Below the pieces are notes generated by a model. That model saw only the letters and a program-made list of their open reading frames with translations. It did no database searches and was not told where the DNA came from. This document shows, in pieces, positions 29,543 through 38,391 of a DNA stretch of 64,000 nucleotides. Position numbers and translations under genes: made by a program. The DNA is from Phycisphaerales bacterium (lineage in GTDB: Bacteria > Planctomycetota > Phycisphaerae > Phycisphaerales > UBA5793), in contig JBGASM010000007.1 of assembly GCA_044229655.1 (NCBI GenBank), positions 13,458 through 77,457 of the forward strand, in the 5' to 3' direction. Each line of letters opens with the position of its first letter. Positions within the stretch are counted from its first letter, which is position 1.

Positions 29543-30349
29543 TCAGTTCCCCGCATCATTCCAGTTCGCGACGACCTTCAGGAATGCCGGATCCTTCGCC
29601 TCCACATGCCCGTCAATGAACAGTGCATTGGACGATCGCTGTCCATAGTGTCGCCGTGCCGACAGACGCGCGACATTTCCCCCGTAGAAGTTCGACGGCC
29701 CCTCCGGTCCGTCAATGTGCACTTCCTGGTACAGGTCGTAGAAGTGATCATCCTGGTCCCAGTCCTTCACCGCGTCCGCAATCGAGTTATCCACGTCGTC
29801 GGTGAAATCCGTCATATACAGCCCCGAGGCCGGCCTGCGGAAACGGTCGATCAAGGATGTCTCCTGCCGTCCCGTGCCCACGATCTTGTTATCCCGATCC
29901 AGTTTGATGCCGTTATTAATATACTGCACCTGATGCTTGGTATTGGGATGCGAAGGGCACTTGTAGATGCGCACATCCGCAAACGTCTGGTGCTCCCACC
30001 CGCGGTTCTTGAGATCAGAGGCCGGAAACGGCGCCTTGTTGTCGTCACGCACCGGATCCTTGTCCATGACGTACTTCCACAATGCCCTGGGCCATGGATA
30101 GAAGAACTTGCCGTTCAGTTCGTCCGAGCCTTCACGCGGAATGAAGTCCCGATTGTCGCTCGCATACAAGGTCAGTCCCGTGACGATTTGCTTCAGATTC
30201 GACCCGCATGTTCCCGCTTTCCCCGCTTCGCGCGCTGCACTGAGCGCCGGCAGCAGAAGTCCGATTAGAAGCGCAATGATCGCGATGACCACCAGCAGCT
30301 CCACGAGAGTGAACGCGCTTCGTGCGGCACGGGGCAGAAGTGACGGCAT
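29543..30349 (-). CDS. prepilin-type N-terminal cleavage/methylation domain protein (DUF1559 / H-X9-DG-like pseudopilin)
   Basis: [44 protein letters not shown] is a class III signal followed by a pilin helix. The C-terminus [12 protein letters not shown] resembles the DG(S/H)V ending of planctomycete DUF1559 proteins. The start is ATG at 30349 or 30361. Confidence 0.85.
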   Translation of the reverse strand: MPSLLPRAARSAFTLVELLVVIAIIALLIGLLLPALSAAREAGKAGTCGSNLKQIVTGLTLYASDNRDFIPREGSDELNGKFFYPWPRALWKYVMDKDPVRDDNKAPFPASDLKNRGWEHQTFADVRIYKCPSHPNTKHQVQYINNGIKLDRDNKIVGTGRQETSLIDRFRRPASGLYMTDFTDDVDNSIADAVKDWDQDDHFYDLYQEVHIDGPEGPSNFYGGNVARLSARRHYGQRSSNALFIDGHVEAKDPAFLKVVANWNDAGN

Positions 30350-30762
30350 GAGTGGCTCCATTCGATTGCGGTAGGGTGGACGCGCCTGCCAGGCGGCGCC
30401 TCGCAGTCGTGTCACCCAAAGTAATGCGCGCCGCAGAAACGTTGTCAATTCTGCGCCGTCGAATTCACCATAACTGAGCGCGCCCCTGACATTGTGAGGA
30501 CTCCCATGCACTCTCCGCACAGCCTGATCACATGAGTTGGGCCTGCTCTTCGCAAAGCGCGCGGGTTGCCGCGCCGTGACTCATGTGTGGGCTGCGAGAA
30601 AGTCTGGTGAGCAATGAAGTAATTCAGCCCGACACACTTGCAGTGTTATGAATGGCACGGCATGATGGCATCTCATGCGCGGCGCCTGTCACGCCGCGCC
30701 TCTCGTCTCCGGCCTGTCGTACCGGAGAACTATCCGCAGCAAGCAGATGAAGGAGTGGAACT

Positions 30763-33558
30763 ATGGCAAGCAGAAAGCAATGGACCCGTCGGAATCAAGT
30801 GCTCAAAGCCCTCGGTGCGGCGTCGCCGCTGGTCGCCGGCCTGGGAGCAGGTCGCGCCCTCGCGGGTGACACCTTCAACATCAACGGGGGTGAAGTGAAC
30901 ATCAGCGGCGCGACGCTGTTTCGCGATTTCTTCGCCGGTAAGGCCTCAACCAACGATTGGAACGACTTCGATAACGACGGCGTCAAATATCCCAACGTGG
31001 ACCAGTTGGCCGCCGACTACACCCCCGGCCAGGGATCGCTTAACACCTGGTGGCTCGTCCAATATCGCTCCGTGGGCTCCCTCAATGGCCTCGATGAATT
31101 CGTTGATTGGCAACTCTGCCGCGAACTTCCCGTCTCTATCCCCTCCGAGGTCGGTTTCCTCAACCGCTACACCTGGGCGAATGTGGGCGTCATTCAGACC
31201 CCCCTCGAATACCGTTGCGGCCCCACCGGAACTCCCTATTGCCCTTCCTCCATCGACTTGGCGTCCATCGATGTCCCCACCAAGTGGGCGACTGTCGGTG
31301 ATCAGGGCAACCCAGCGTGGAATCTCAAGCCCGGTGCCTCCGGGTACGGGCTGAATCCCGACCGCTCCAACAATCTCTGCACCATCGAGGGCGAGCCTAA
31401 TGAACTCGTCTCCCTTGAGCGCAACTGCGCCCCGTTTGCCGGCGGCCGCTCCCTCAACACCAACACCGATAATCCCGACCGCAACACCGTCTATGACACC
31501 ACCGTCGCTCTGTCTCCGGTCGCGTACATTGTCAACCGCGGCACGGGCCTCCAGAATGTTCGCGTCACCGACATGCAGTATCTCTTTGTGGCAGGCCGCA
31601 TGCCCAATGGTGAAAACCTGCGCGCCGCCACCCGCGATGCCGGCTCCGGCACGCGCAACGCCAGCATGAATCCCTCCGGCATCGACCCCTCTTGGGGCGT
31701 CGGGGACCACAAGGGCATCTTCATCAATACCACCACACCCACCAACGTCGGGCCCTGCACGCAGGTGAACAACTGCGGCAGCTCCAGCATCATCGAGAAT
31801 GCCGTCCAGCAGCACCGCCTCGCCGTCGGCTACACCGGGCTTGCCGGTCCCAGCCGGGCCGCCAACGACGCGTTCGTGGGGCGATATGAGATCGTCAACA
31901 CCATGAACGATCACGTCGGCGGGACGCTCTTCGTGCGCCCCACCATCAACACCGTCATTGACAATGCGGATCCGAACACCGGCTACCGCATCGGCGCCTC
32001 GCAGACGCTTGTCAGCCGTGGCGATCCTTTCGAGACCGATTCGAACGCGGACTGGTATGTCCAGAATCGTGCCGCCGCCGACTACATCAAGAACATCATG
32101 TTCAGCATCGCCCAGTTCGATCCCAACCTCCCCGGCAATCCCGACAACTACTCACCCGCCCAGTTCCTGGCGACTCGCTTCTTCCTTGAGCAGGGCTGCG
32201 ATCGCGCCCCCACGCTCAATGATCCCACGGTGTGGGTCCAGTCTCCCGACTTCAACCAGGGACTGCAGAATTTCATCCGCGCCAACATCACCTTGATCGA
32301 CTCGGTGAATCGCGACACCCCCGCCTACGGCTCCATCAACAAGGCAGGTCTTGTTCCGGTGCGCAATGCCGGCTCCTATTCCGATGGCGGCACCGCAGCC
32401 TACCTCTACAACGTCAACGGTGTGCCCCAGACGCCCATTGCCGGTGGCAAGAAACTCGCCGAGCGCAATCGCATTCAGGGCGACTTCAACTTCGACGGCA
32501 CGCGCAATCTCAATGACGCCGCCGGCCTGATGCTCGCCCTCACCGACCCCCTCAACTATGAGAGCGGATCCGTGTGGCCAGGCGACCCCGGCGATCAGTC
32601 CGCCAACGTCGTCATCGTCAACGTCATCGGCGACTTCAATGGTGACGGCAACTTCGATGCGGGCGATGCACGCTACTTTGCCGACGGCCTCGCCATCGAT
32701 ACCGGCTCCCAGAAACTCGACCGCAAGAAGGGCTTCACTCAGATCGATCAGCAGTGGGCTTCTCTGACCGGAGACACCAATTTCTTCGACACCGTGCTCG
32801 CCTCCGGTAAGCCCTACTCCGCAGGCGATTCCCGCGGCGATGTGGCCGGCAGCGGCGAACCCTCCAAGGGGGCTGATCCAGCCGGCTTCGACGGCATCGT
32901 GGACGGCGCGGACATCTCCTATGTCTACGCCAATTTCGGCATCTGGTCTGATCTCAATGACGCCGCCGCCATTGACCTCTCCTGCGATATGAACGGCGAC
33001 CTCAAGGTCGATCAGGCCGACGTCGATGAGATCATCAACACCATCCTCTGCACCGTCGCGGGCGATGCCAATCTCTCGGGAATCTGCGATGCCGCCGACT
33101 TGGCGATCTGCCAGGCCAACCAAGGTCTTGCCGGCGGATGGTCTCAGGGTGACTTCAACGGCGATGGCATCGTGAACGCCGCCGATCTCGCGATCTGTCA
33201 GGCCAATCAGGGACAGGAAGGTGACTGCTTCTCCACCGCCCTTACCCTTACCTACAACGGCCCCGTCTGCCCCGGCCCGGTCTCTGTGACCGCTGCCAAC
33301 GCGACCCCCAGCGGCAATGTGGCTCTCATTTTCGCCGCCAATCAGGGGTCCTTCGTGATTCCCAGCGGCAACCCCTGTGCGGGAACCACGCTCGGTCTCG
33401 GCTCCAGTTCCATCCAGTTGATACAGACCAAACGCGCCGCCTCCAACGGTTCCGTGACCTTCAGCGGTCCCGCCAACGCCAGCGCCTGCAACCGCTTCCT
33501 CCAGGTGGTCGATCTCTCCTCCTGCGAAACGTCCAACGTCGCCCGTATCTCTCCCTGA
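30763..33558 (+). CDS. secreted multidomain protein: PstS-like periplasmic-binding domain, 5 dockerin/EF-hand-like repeats, and a shared C-terminal two-Cys module
   Basis: AAGGAG lies 7 nt upstream of the ATG. The signal is Tat-like or Sec (WTRRNQVLKALGAASPLVAGLGAGRALA). PBP-like_2 landmarks are ISGATLFRDFF, YRSVGSLNGLDEF and TRDAGSGTRNA. Ca-binding repeats are GDFNFDGTRNLNDAAGL, GDFNGDGNFDAGDARYF, DMNGDLKVDQADVDEI, GDANLSGICDAADLAICQANQG and GDFNGDGIVNAADLAICQANQG. The C-terminal module is at 33241-33555. Confidence 0.6.
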   Translation: MASRKQWTRRNQVLKALGAASPLVAGLGAGRALAGDTFNINGGEVNISGATLFRDFFAGKASTNDWNDFDNDGVKYPNVDQLAADYTPGQGSLNTWWLVQYRSVGSLNGLDEFVDWQLCRELPVSIPSEVGFLNRYTWANVGVIQTPLEYRCGPTGTPYCPSSIDLASIDVPTKWATVGDQGNPAWNLKPGASGYGLNPDRSNNLCTIEGEPNELVSLERNCAPFAGGRSLNTNTDNPDRNTVYDTTVALSPVAYIVNRGTGLQNVRVTDMQYLFVAGRMPNGENLRAATRDAGSGTRNASMNPSGIDPSWGVGDHKGIFINTTTPTNVGPCTQVNNCGSSSIIENAVQQHRLAVGYTGLAGPSRAANDAFVGRYEIVNTMNDHVGGTLFVRPTINTVIDNADPNTGYRIGASQTLVSRGDPFETDSNADWYVQNRAAADYIKNIMFSIAQFDPNLPGNPDNYSPAQFLATRFFLEQGCDRAPTLNDPTVWVQSPDFNQGLQNFIRANITLIDSVNRDTPAYGSINKAGLVPVRNAGSYSDGGTAAYLYNVNGVPQTPIAGGKKLAERNRIQGDFNFDGTRNLNDAAGLMLALTDPLNYESGSVWPGDPGDQSANVVIVNVIGDFNGDGNFDAGDARYFADGLAIDTGSQKLDRKKGFTQIDQQWASLTGDTNFFDTVLASGKPYSAGDSRGDVAGSGEPSKGADPAGFDGIVDGADISYVYANFGIWSDLNDAAAIDLSCDMNGDLKVDQADVDEIINTILCTVAGDANLSGICDAADLAICQANQGLAGGWSQGDFNGDGIVNAADLAICQANQGQEGDCFSTALTLTYNGPVCPGPVSVTAANATPSGNVALIFAANQGSFVIPSGNPCAGTTLGLGSSSIQLIQTKRAASNGSVTFSGPANASACNRFLQVVDLSSCETSNVARISP

Positions 33559-33621
33559 GAGAATCACCTCACAGCGACCGATTCGAACACGGTCACCTGA
33601 TTCGTTGGACTCACACGCATT

Positions 33622-33657
33622 CGCCCCGGGTTTCCTCAGGAGACCCGGGGCGATTTT
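33622..33657 (+). terminator. rho-independent terminator after gene 30763-33558
   Basis: A 10-bp stem, CGCCCCGGGT (33622-33631) with ACCCGGGGCG (33643-33652), is followed by ATTTT. It lies inside the 5' extension of track ORF 33605, which argues for the later start of the next gene. Confidence 0.65.
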
Positions 33658-33766
33658 CTGTGCGCTCCGCAAGCTCCCCACCCCGCATTCCCGCTTCGCC
33701 CGCCTGAACCAAGTTCCACTCCCCGCCCGCATCTACCATGATGCTCATCCCCATCTGGAGTACCCC

Positions 33767-35773
33767 ATGCGATACCGCACCGCGCTGATGGCCATTCCGT
33801 TCCTCTGTCTGCCGACCACGCTTCTCGCCTTCTCCGACAACGAGGCCCCCGCCCCGCTCCGCCTTCCCGCCCTGTTCTCTGACCACATGGTCCTCCAGCA
33901 GTCCGCCGATGTAAATCTCTGGGGGTGGGCGGCGCCGGGTTCAACCATCACGCTCCGTCCCTCCTGGATCAAGGATCCGCTTTCCGTCTCCGTCAGCCCG
34001 GATGGTTCTTGGAGCGTCAAGGTGCGCACCCCCTCCGCATCCTTCGAGTCGCGCAGCCTCGAAATCTCCGATGGGTCCACCACCCGCACCGTGTCGGATT
34101 TGCTCATCGGTGAGGTGTGGGTCTGCTCCGGCCAGTCCAACATGGAGATGCAGCTCCAGCAGGTCGCCAACGGCGCCGCCGAGGCCGCAGCCGCCGACCT
34201 TCCCAACATCCGCCTCTTTATGGTCCCCAACGTCACTTCCCTCACACCCGAATCCGACGTGAAGGCTGCTTGGACCACCTGCACCCCAACTACCGCTGCC
34301 CCCTTCAGCGCCGTCGCATTCCATTTTGCCAAGGACCTTCAGCAACGCCTCAATGTCCCCATCGGGCTCATTGAATCTGACTGGGGCGGTACGCCCGCCG
34401 AATCCTGGACCAGCGCCGCCGGCCTCGCGCCTCTCCATGATTTCGATCCCCAACTCAACATGATCCGCGAGGCATTCGCCGATCCCGCCTACGTCGAGCG
34501 CGCCAGCAAGGAAATCCTCAGCCGCTGGCTCACCGCGCTCGATGCTGCTGACCCGGGCATGAACGGCGCCGTCCGCTGGAACGATCCCGCGTTCGACGAC
34601 TCCCAATGGGCCTCCACCCCCGTCCCCGCCCGTTGGACCGGTGATCTCGAGAACTTCGATGGCTTCGCGTGGTGCCGATACTCCTTCAACCTCCCGAAGG
34701 ATTGGGCCGCCACAGATGTGACCCTTGAACTCGGCCCCATCGACGACTCCGATATGACCTGGCTGAACGGCACGCTCCTCGGCCACACCATGAACGATGG
34801 ACAGTGGCTGTCCCCGCGTCAGTATGCTGTTCCCAAGTCCGTCCTCAAGACGGGCCGCAACACCATCGCGGTCCGCGTGTACGACACCGGCGCTCACGGT
34901 GGAATCTGGGGCCAGCCGGACCAACTCCGCTTGCTCGCCTCCGACGGCAAGTCCATTCCCCTGGCTGGCGAATGGAAACTGCAAGCGTCCATCCCCCTGC
35001 AATCACTTCCCCCGCGCCCCTGGACTCCTGCCAGTCTCAACGGCCCGTGGACTCCGACCGCCATTTACAACGGCATGATCGCTCCGCTTGTCAATTACAC
35101 CATTCGCGGCGCCATCTGGTATCAGGGTGAGTCGAATCGCGACCGCGCCTTCCAGTACCGCACCCTCTTCCCCGCGATGATCTCCGACTGGCGCGCTCAG
35201 TGGAAACAGGGCGACTTCCCGTTCTACTTTGTCCAGATCGCGCCCTTCGCCTACCTCAACGACACGGGCGAAGCCGCGGAACTCCGCGAAGCCCAGTTCC
35301 TCACGATGAGGAATCTCCCCAACACAGGTATGGCCGTTACCATGGACATCGGTGCCGTCTTCGACATTCACCCTCAGGACAAGAAAAACGTTGGCCTTCG
35401 CTTGGCGCGTTGGGCCTTGAATAAGACCTACGGCAAGATCGACGTCATTCCCTCCGGCCCCATCTACGCCGGCATGAAGATCGAAGGCGGCTCAGTCCGC
35501 CTCTCCTTTGAGTACGCTTCAGGTTTGATGGCCTCCGACGGCAAGGAACTGGCCAACTTCACGATCGCCGGGGATGATCGCAAATTCGTCCCTGCTCTGG
35601 CACGCATCGATGGCGACACCATCCTCGTCTCTGCCGCCGCCGTCCCCAATCCCGTCGCCGTTCGCTTCGCATGGGGACCTGCCGATTTCCCCAACCTTGC
35701 CAATGGCGCCGGTCTCCCCGCCTCCTCGTTCCGTACCGATGACTGGCCCATGCTCACCGCTCCGCGGAAGTAG
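33767..35773 (+). CDS. sialate O-acetylesterase-family (SASA/SGNH-like) carbohydrate esterase, secreted
   Basis: Signal peptide MRYRTALMAIPFLCLPTTLLAFS. Catalytic block GEVWVCSGQSNME. DWGGTPAESW. The later block AIWYQGESN is typical of 9-O-acetylesterase-like proteins, which have a central beta-sandwich insert. Confidence 0.8.
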   Translation: MRYRTALMAIPFLCLPTTLLAFSDNEAPAPLRLPALFSDHMVLQQSADVNLWGWAAPGSTITLRPSWIKDPLSVSVSPDGSWSVKVRTPSASFESRSLEISDGSTTRTVSDLLIGEVWVCSGQSNMEMQLQQVANGAAEAAAADLPNIRLFMVPNVTSLTPESDVKAAWTTCTPTTAAPFSAVAFHFAKDLQQRLNVPIGLIESDWGGTPAESWTSAAGLAPLHDFDPQLNMIREAFADPAYVERASKEILSRWLTALDAADPGMNGAVRWNDPAFDDSQWASTPVPARWTGDLENFDGFAWCRYSFNLPKDWAATDVTLELGPIDDSDMTWLNGTLLGHTMNDGQWLSPRQYAVPKSVLKTGRNTIAVRVYDTGAHGGIWGQPDQLRLLASDGKSIPLAGEWKLQASIPLQSLPPRPWTPASLNGPWTPTAIYNGMIAPLVNYTIRGAIWYQGESNRDRAFQYRTLFPAMISDWRAQWKQGDFPFYFVQIAPFAYLNDTGEAAELREAQFLTMRNLPNTGMAVTMDIGAVFDIHPQDKKNVGLRLARWALNKTYGKIDVIPSGPIYAGMKIEGGSVRLSFEYASGLMASDGKELANFTIAGDDRKFVPALARIDGDTILVSAAAVPNPVAVRFAWGPADFPNLANGAGLPASSFRTDDWPMLTAPRK

Positions 35774-35803
35774 ACCCCGCCCCAGTCCATCCCCAAAAAC
35801 ACC

Positions 35804-35832
35804 AAAACCCCGTTCCACAAACGGGGTTTTTT
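35804..35832 (+). terminator. rho-independent terminator after the esterase gene
   Basis: AAAACCCCGT TCCACAA ACGGGGTTTTTT: a GC-rich stem flanked by an A-tract and a T-tract. Confidence 0.6.
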
Positions 35833-35851
35833 CCTTCCTGGCGGTCGCGAA

Positions 35852-35923
35852 AGCGGGTGAAGGGACTTGAACCCTCGACATTCACGTTGGCAACGTGACG
35901 CTCTACCACTGAGCTACACCCGC
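35852..35923 (-). tRNA. tRNA-Gly (anticodon GCC)
   Basis: The reverse complement is a 72-nt cloverleaf: GCGGGTG TA GCTC AGTGGTA GAGC G TCACG TTGCCAA CGTGA ATGTC GAGGG TTCAAGT CCCTT CACCCGC T. Confidence 0.9.
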
Positions 35924-36096
35924 ATGGCAGACCCTGAGTATATCGACCACATCCGCACTGACAATCACCGCCCCTTCGTCACGGGTCGCCTGCTTCTTCC
36001 GCCCATAATGACGGTATGATTCACCTTTGTCCACCTGCGCCGCTTCGCACCGGCGCGCCGTATTTGCGTCCCTCCACCCGCTCGGGAGATCCTTCG

Positions 36097-37380
36097 ATGA
36101 ATTGGCATTTCCACAGCCTCCGCAGCCTTCTGGCTCTTTCTCTCACCGCTGGCCTGCTCACGATGGCCGCATGCGAAAAGAAGTCTGATGCGCCCGCGAC
36201 GCCTTCCGCACCCGCTGGCTCCAGCACCAGCGCCCCATCCCAGAACCCCGATGCCAACGCGTCCGGTGATCCCGCTTCCTCTGACTCTGCATCCGAGTCC
36301 GGCCCCGCCTCCGCCGACACCATCCTCATCGGCGAATATGGCTCCATGACCGGCTCCGAAGCCACTTTCGGCCAGTCCACCCACAACGGCATCCAACTCG
36401 CCATCGATGAGATCAACGCCGCCGGCGGCGTCAAGGGCAAGAAACTCGCTCTCAAGACCTACGACGATCAGGGCAAGCAGGCCGAAGCCAAGACCGCAGT
36501 CACGCGCCTCATCACTGATGACAAGGTCGTCGCCGTTCTCGGCGAAGTCGCATCCTCTCTCTCGATCGCAGGCGGCGAAGTCGCCCAGAAGTACGGCGTC
36601 CCCATGGTGACCCCCTCCTCGACCAACCCCCGCGTCACCCAGGTCGGTGACATGATCTTCCGCGTCTGCTTCATCGATCCCTTCCAGGGATTTGTCATGG
36701 CCAAGTTCGCCAGAGAGAATCTCAAGTTCGATAACGTCGGCATCCTCTATGACCAGGGCCAGGCGTACTCCAGCGGCCTCAAGACCGACTTCACCAAGCA
36801 TTTCACCAAGTTGGGCGGCAAGATCGTCACCGAGCAGGCCTACACCGGCGGCGACTCCGACTTCGGCGCTCAACTCACCGCCATCCGCTCCGCCAATCCC
36901 CAGGCCATCTTCATCCCCGGTTACTACACCGATGTCGCGGCCATCGCCCTTCAGGCTCGCAAGCTCGGAATCACCGCCGTCCTCATGGGTGGCGACGGCT
37001 GGGATTCGCCTCAACTCTCCGCCATCGGCGGCGCAGCGATTGAGGGTGCCTACTTCTCCAATCACTACTCCCATGAGGAGCAGCGCCCCGAGGTGCAGGA
37101 CTTCGTCTCCAAATTCCAGGCCAGGTACAACGTCGTCCCCGACGGCCTGGCCGCGATGGGCTATGACGCCGCCCGGCTCCTGGCCGATGCGATGGGTCGC
37201 GCACCCTCGATCTCCGGCAAGGACATCGCCGCCGCACTGGCCGCAACCAAGGAGTTCCCCGGCGTGACCGGCCGCATCTCCATGGACGCCCAGCGCAACG
37301 CGCAGAAGCCCGCCGTTGTCCTCCAAGTGAAAGACGGCAAGTACTCCTATGTCGCGACGATCCAGCCAGAGAAGAACTGA
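36097..37380 (+). CDS. branched-chain amino acid ABC transporter substrate-binding (lipo)protein
   Basis: Lipoprotein-like signal MNWHFHSLRSLLALSLTAGLLTMAAC. LivJ/LivK-type Peripla_BP_6 pattern: ILIGEYGSMTGSEATFGQS..NGIQLAIDEINAAGGVKGKKL...YDDQG. Followed by livHMGF. Confidence 0.85.
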   Translation: MNWHFHSLRSLLALSLTAGLLTMAACEKKSDAPATPSAPAGSSTSAPSQNPDANASGDPASSDSASESGPASADTILIGEYGSMTGSEATFGQSTHNGIQLAIDEINAAGGVKGKKLALKTYDDQGKQAEAKTAVTRLITDDKVVAVLGEVASSLSIAGGEVAQKYGVPMVTPSSTNPRVTQVGDMIFRVCFIDPFQGFVMAKFARENLKFDNVGILYDQGQAYSSGLKTDFTKHFTKLGGKIVTEQAYTGGDSDFGAQLTAIRSANPQAIFIPGYYTDVAAIALQARKLGITAVLMGGDGWDSPQLSAIGGAAIEGAYFSNHYSHEEQRPEVQDFVSKFQARYNVVPDGLAAMGYDAARLLADAMGRAPSISGKDIAAALAATKEFPGVTGRISMDAQRNAQKPAVVLQVKDGKYSYVATIQPEKN

Positions 37381-37428
37381 GTCCTTCGACTCCTTCTCTC
37401 CTCAACGCAGAGCCTCGGACTATCGATC

Positions 37429-38379
37429 GTGACCATCTTCCTGCAGACGTTACTCGACGGAATCGCCGTGGGAAGCCTCTACGGGCTCATCGCCCTTGGC
37501 TACACCATGGTCTATGGCATTCTGCAGTTCATCAATTTCGCGCATAGCGACATCTTCATGCTCGGCGCGTGGATTTCGTACACGATTTCCTCCTTCACGA
37601 TTTCGCGCCTCGCCGGGGCCGACGGCCAGATTCCCGAAGGCCCCCTCTTCTACATTCTCCTCCCGCTCCTCACCATCCTCGGTGCGATGGCCGCCTGCGG
37701 CCTGATCGGCTTTTTCGTCGAGCGCGGCGCGTACCGCCCCCTCCGCAAGGCTCCTCGGCTCAACGTCCTCATCACCGCCATCGGCGTCTCCCTCTTCCTC
37801 CAGAACGTCGGCCAACTCCCCTGGCTCTTTGGCACCCAGCCGCGCGGCTTCCCCGATGTCCTGCCCGATACGACTCTTTTCACAGTCGCCGGCGTCCAGG
37901 TCCATGTCGTCGATGTCATCGTCATCTTCGGCACCATGGCCCTCATGCTCGCCCTCGAGTGGCTCGTCCATCGCACCAAGCTCGGCATGGCCATGCGCGC
38001 CGTCTCCTACGACACCCGCGTCGCCTCACTCATGGGCGTGAATGTCGACCGCGTCATCTCCTTCACCTTCGTCCTCGGGTCCTCCCTCGCCGCCGCCGCC
38101 GGCTTCCTCTACGCCGCCAAGTACCACAAGCTCGGCCAGCCCGCCGACGCCACCTGGGTCCTCCTGGGCCTCAAGGCCTTCGTCGCCGCCGTGGTCGGCG
38201 GAATCGGCAACATCCGCGGCGCCATGCTCGGCGGCCTCGCCATCGGCCTCATCGAGTTCTTCGGCAAGGCCTACATCGAGCCTGCCTACGCCGACGTCTA
38301 TGTCTTCTCCATCCTCATCGCCGTCCTCCTCTTCAAGCCCACCGGCATCCTCGGCAAACGCCTCATCGAAAAAGTCTGA
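37429..38379 (+). CDS. livH: branched-chain amino acid ABC transporter permease LivH
   Basis: LLDGIAVGSLYGLIALGYTMVYGILQFINFAHSD and a polytopic membrane profile. GTG start. Confidence 0.9.
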   Translation: MTIFLQTLLDGIAVGSLYGLIALGYTMVYGILQFINFAHSDIFMLGAWISYTISSFTISRLAGADGQIPEGPLFYILLPLLTILGAMAACGLIGFFVERGAYRPLRKAPRLNVLITAIGVSLFLQNVGQLPWLFGTQPRGFPDVLPDTTLFTVAGVQVHVVDVIVIFGTMALMLALEWLVHRTKLGMAMRAVSYDTRVASLMGVNVDRVISFTFVLGSSLAAAAGFLYAAKYHKLGQPADATWVLLGLKAFVAAVVGGIGNIRGAMLGGLAIGLIEFFGKAYIEPAYADVYVFSILIAVLLFKPTGILGKRLIEKV

Positions 38380-38391
38380 GCCGCCTCCCCC

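Noticed and set aside
32152-33732. 526-aa minus-strand ORF, plus 30946-31914 (-) and 35965-37326 (-).
   Set aside because: They are antisense to genes with a signal peptide and repeat/domain structure (the PBP-dockerin protein and LivJ-like protein). The minus-strand products are Gly/Asp/Val/Ala-rich shadows.
33605-33766. 5' extension of the esterase ORF (track start 33605).
   Set aside because: The extension contains the strong terminator hairpin of the preceding gene (33622-33657). The ATG at 33767 yields a proper signal peptide.
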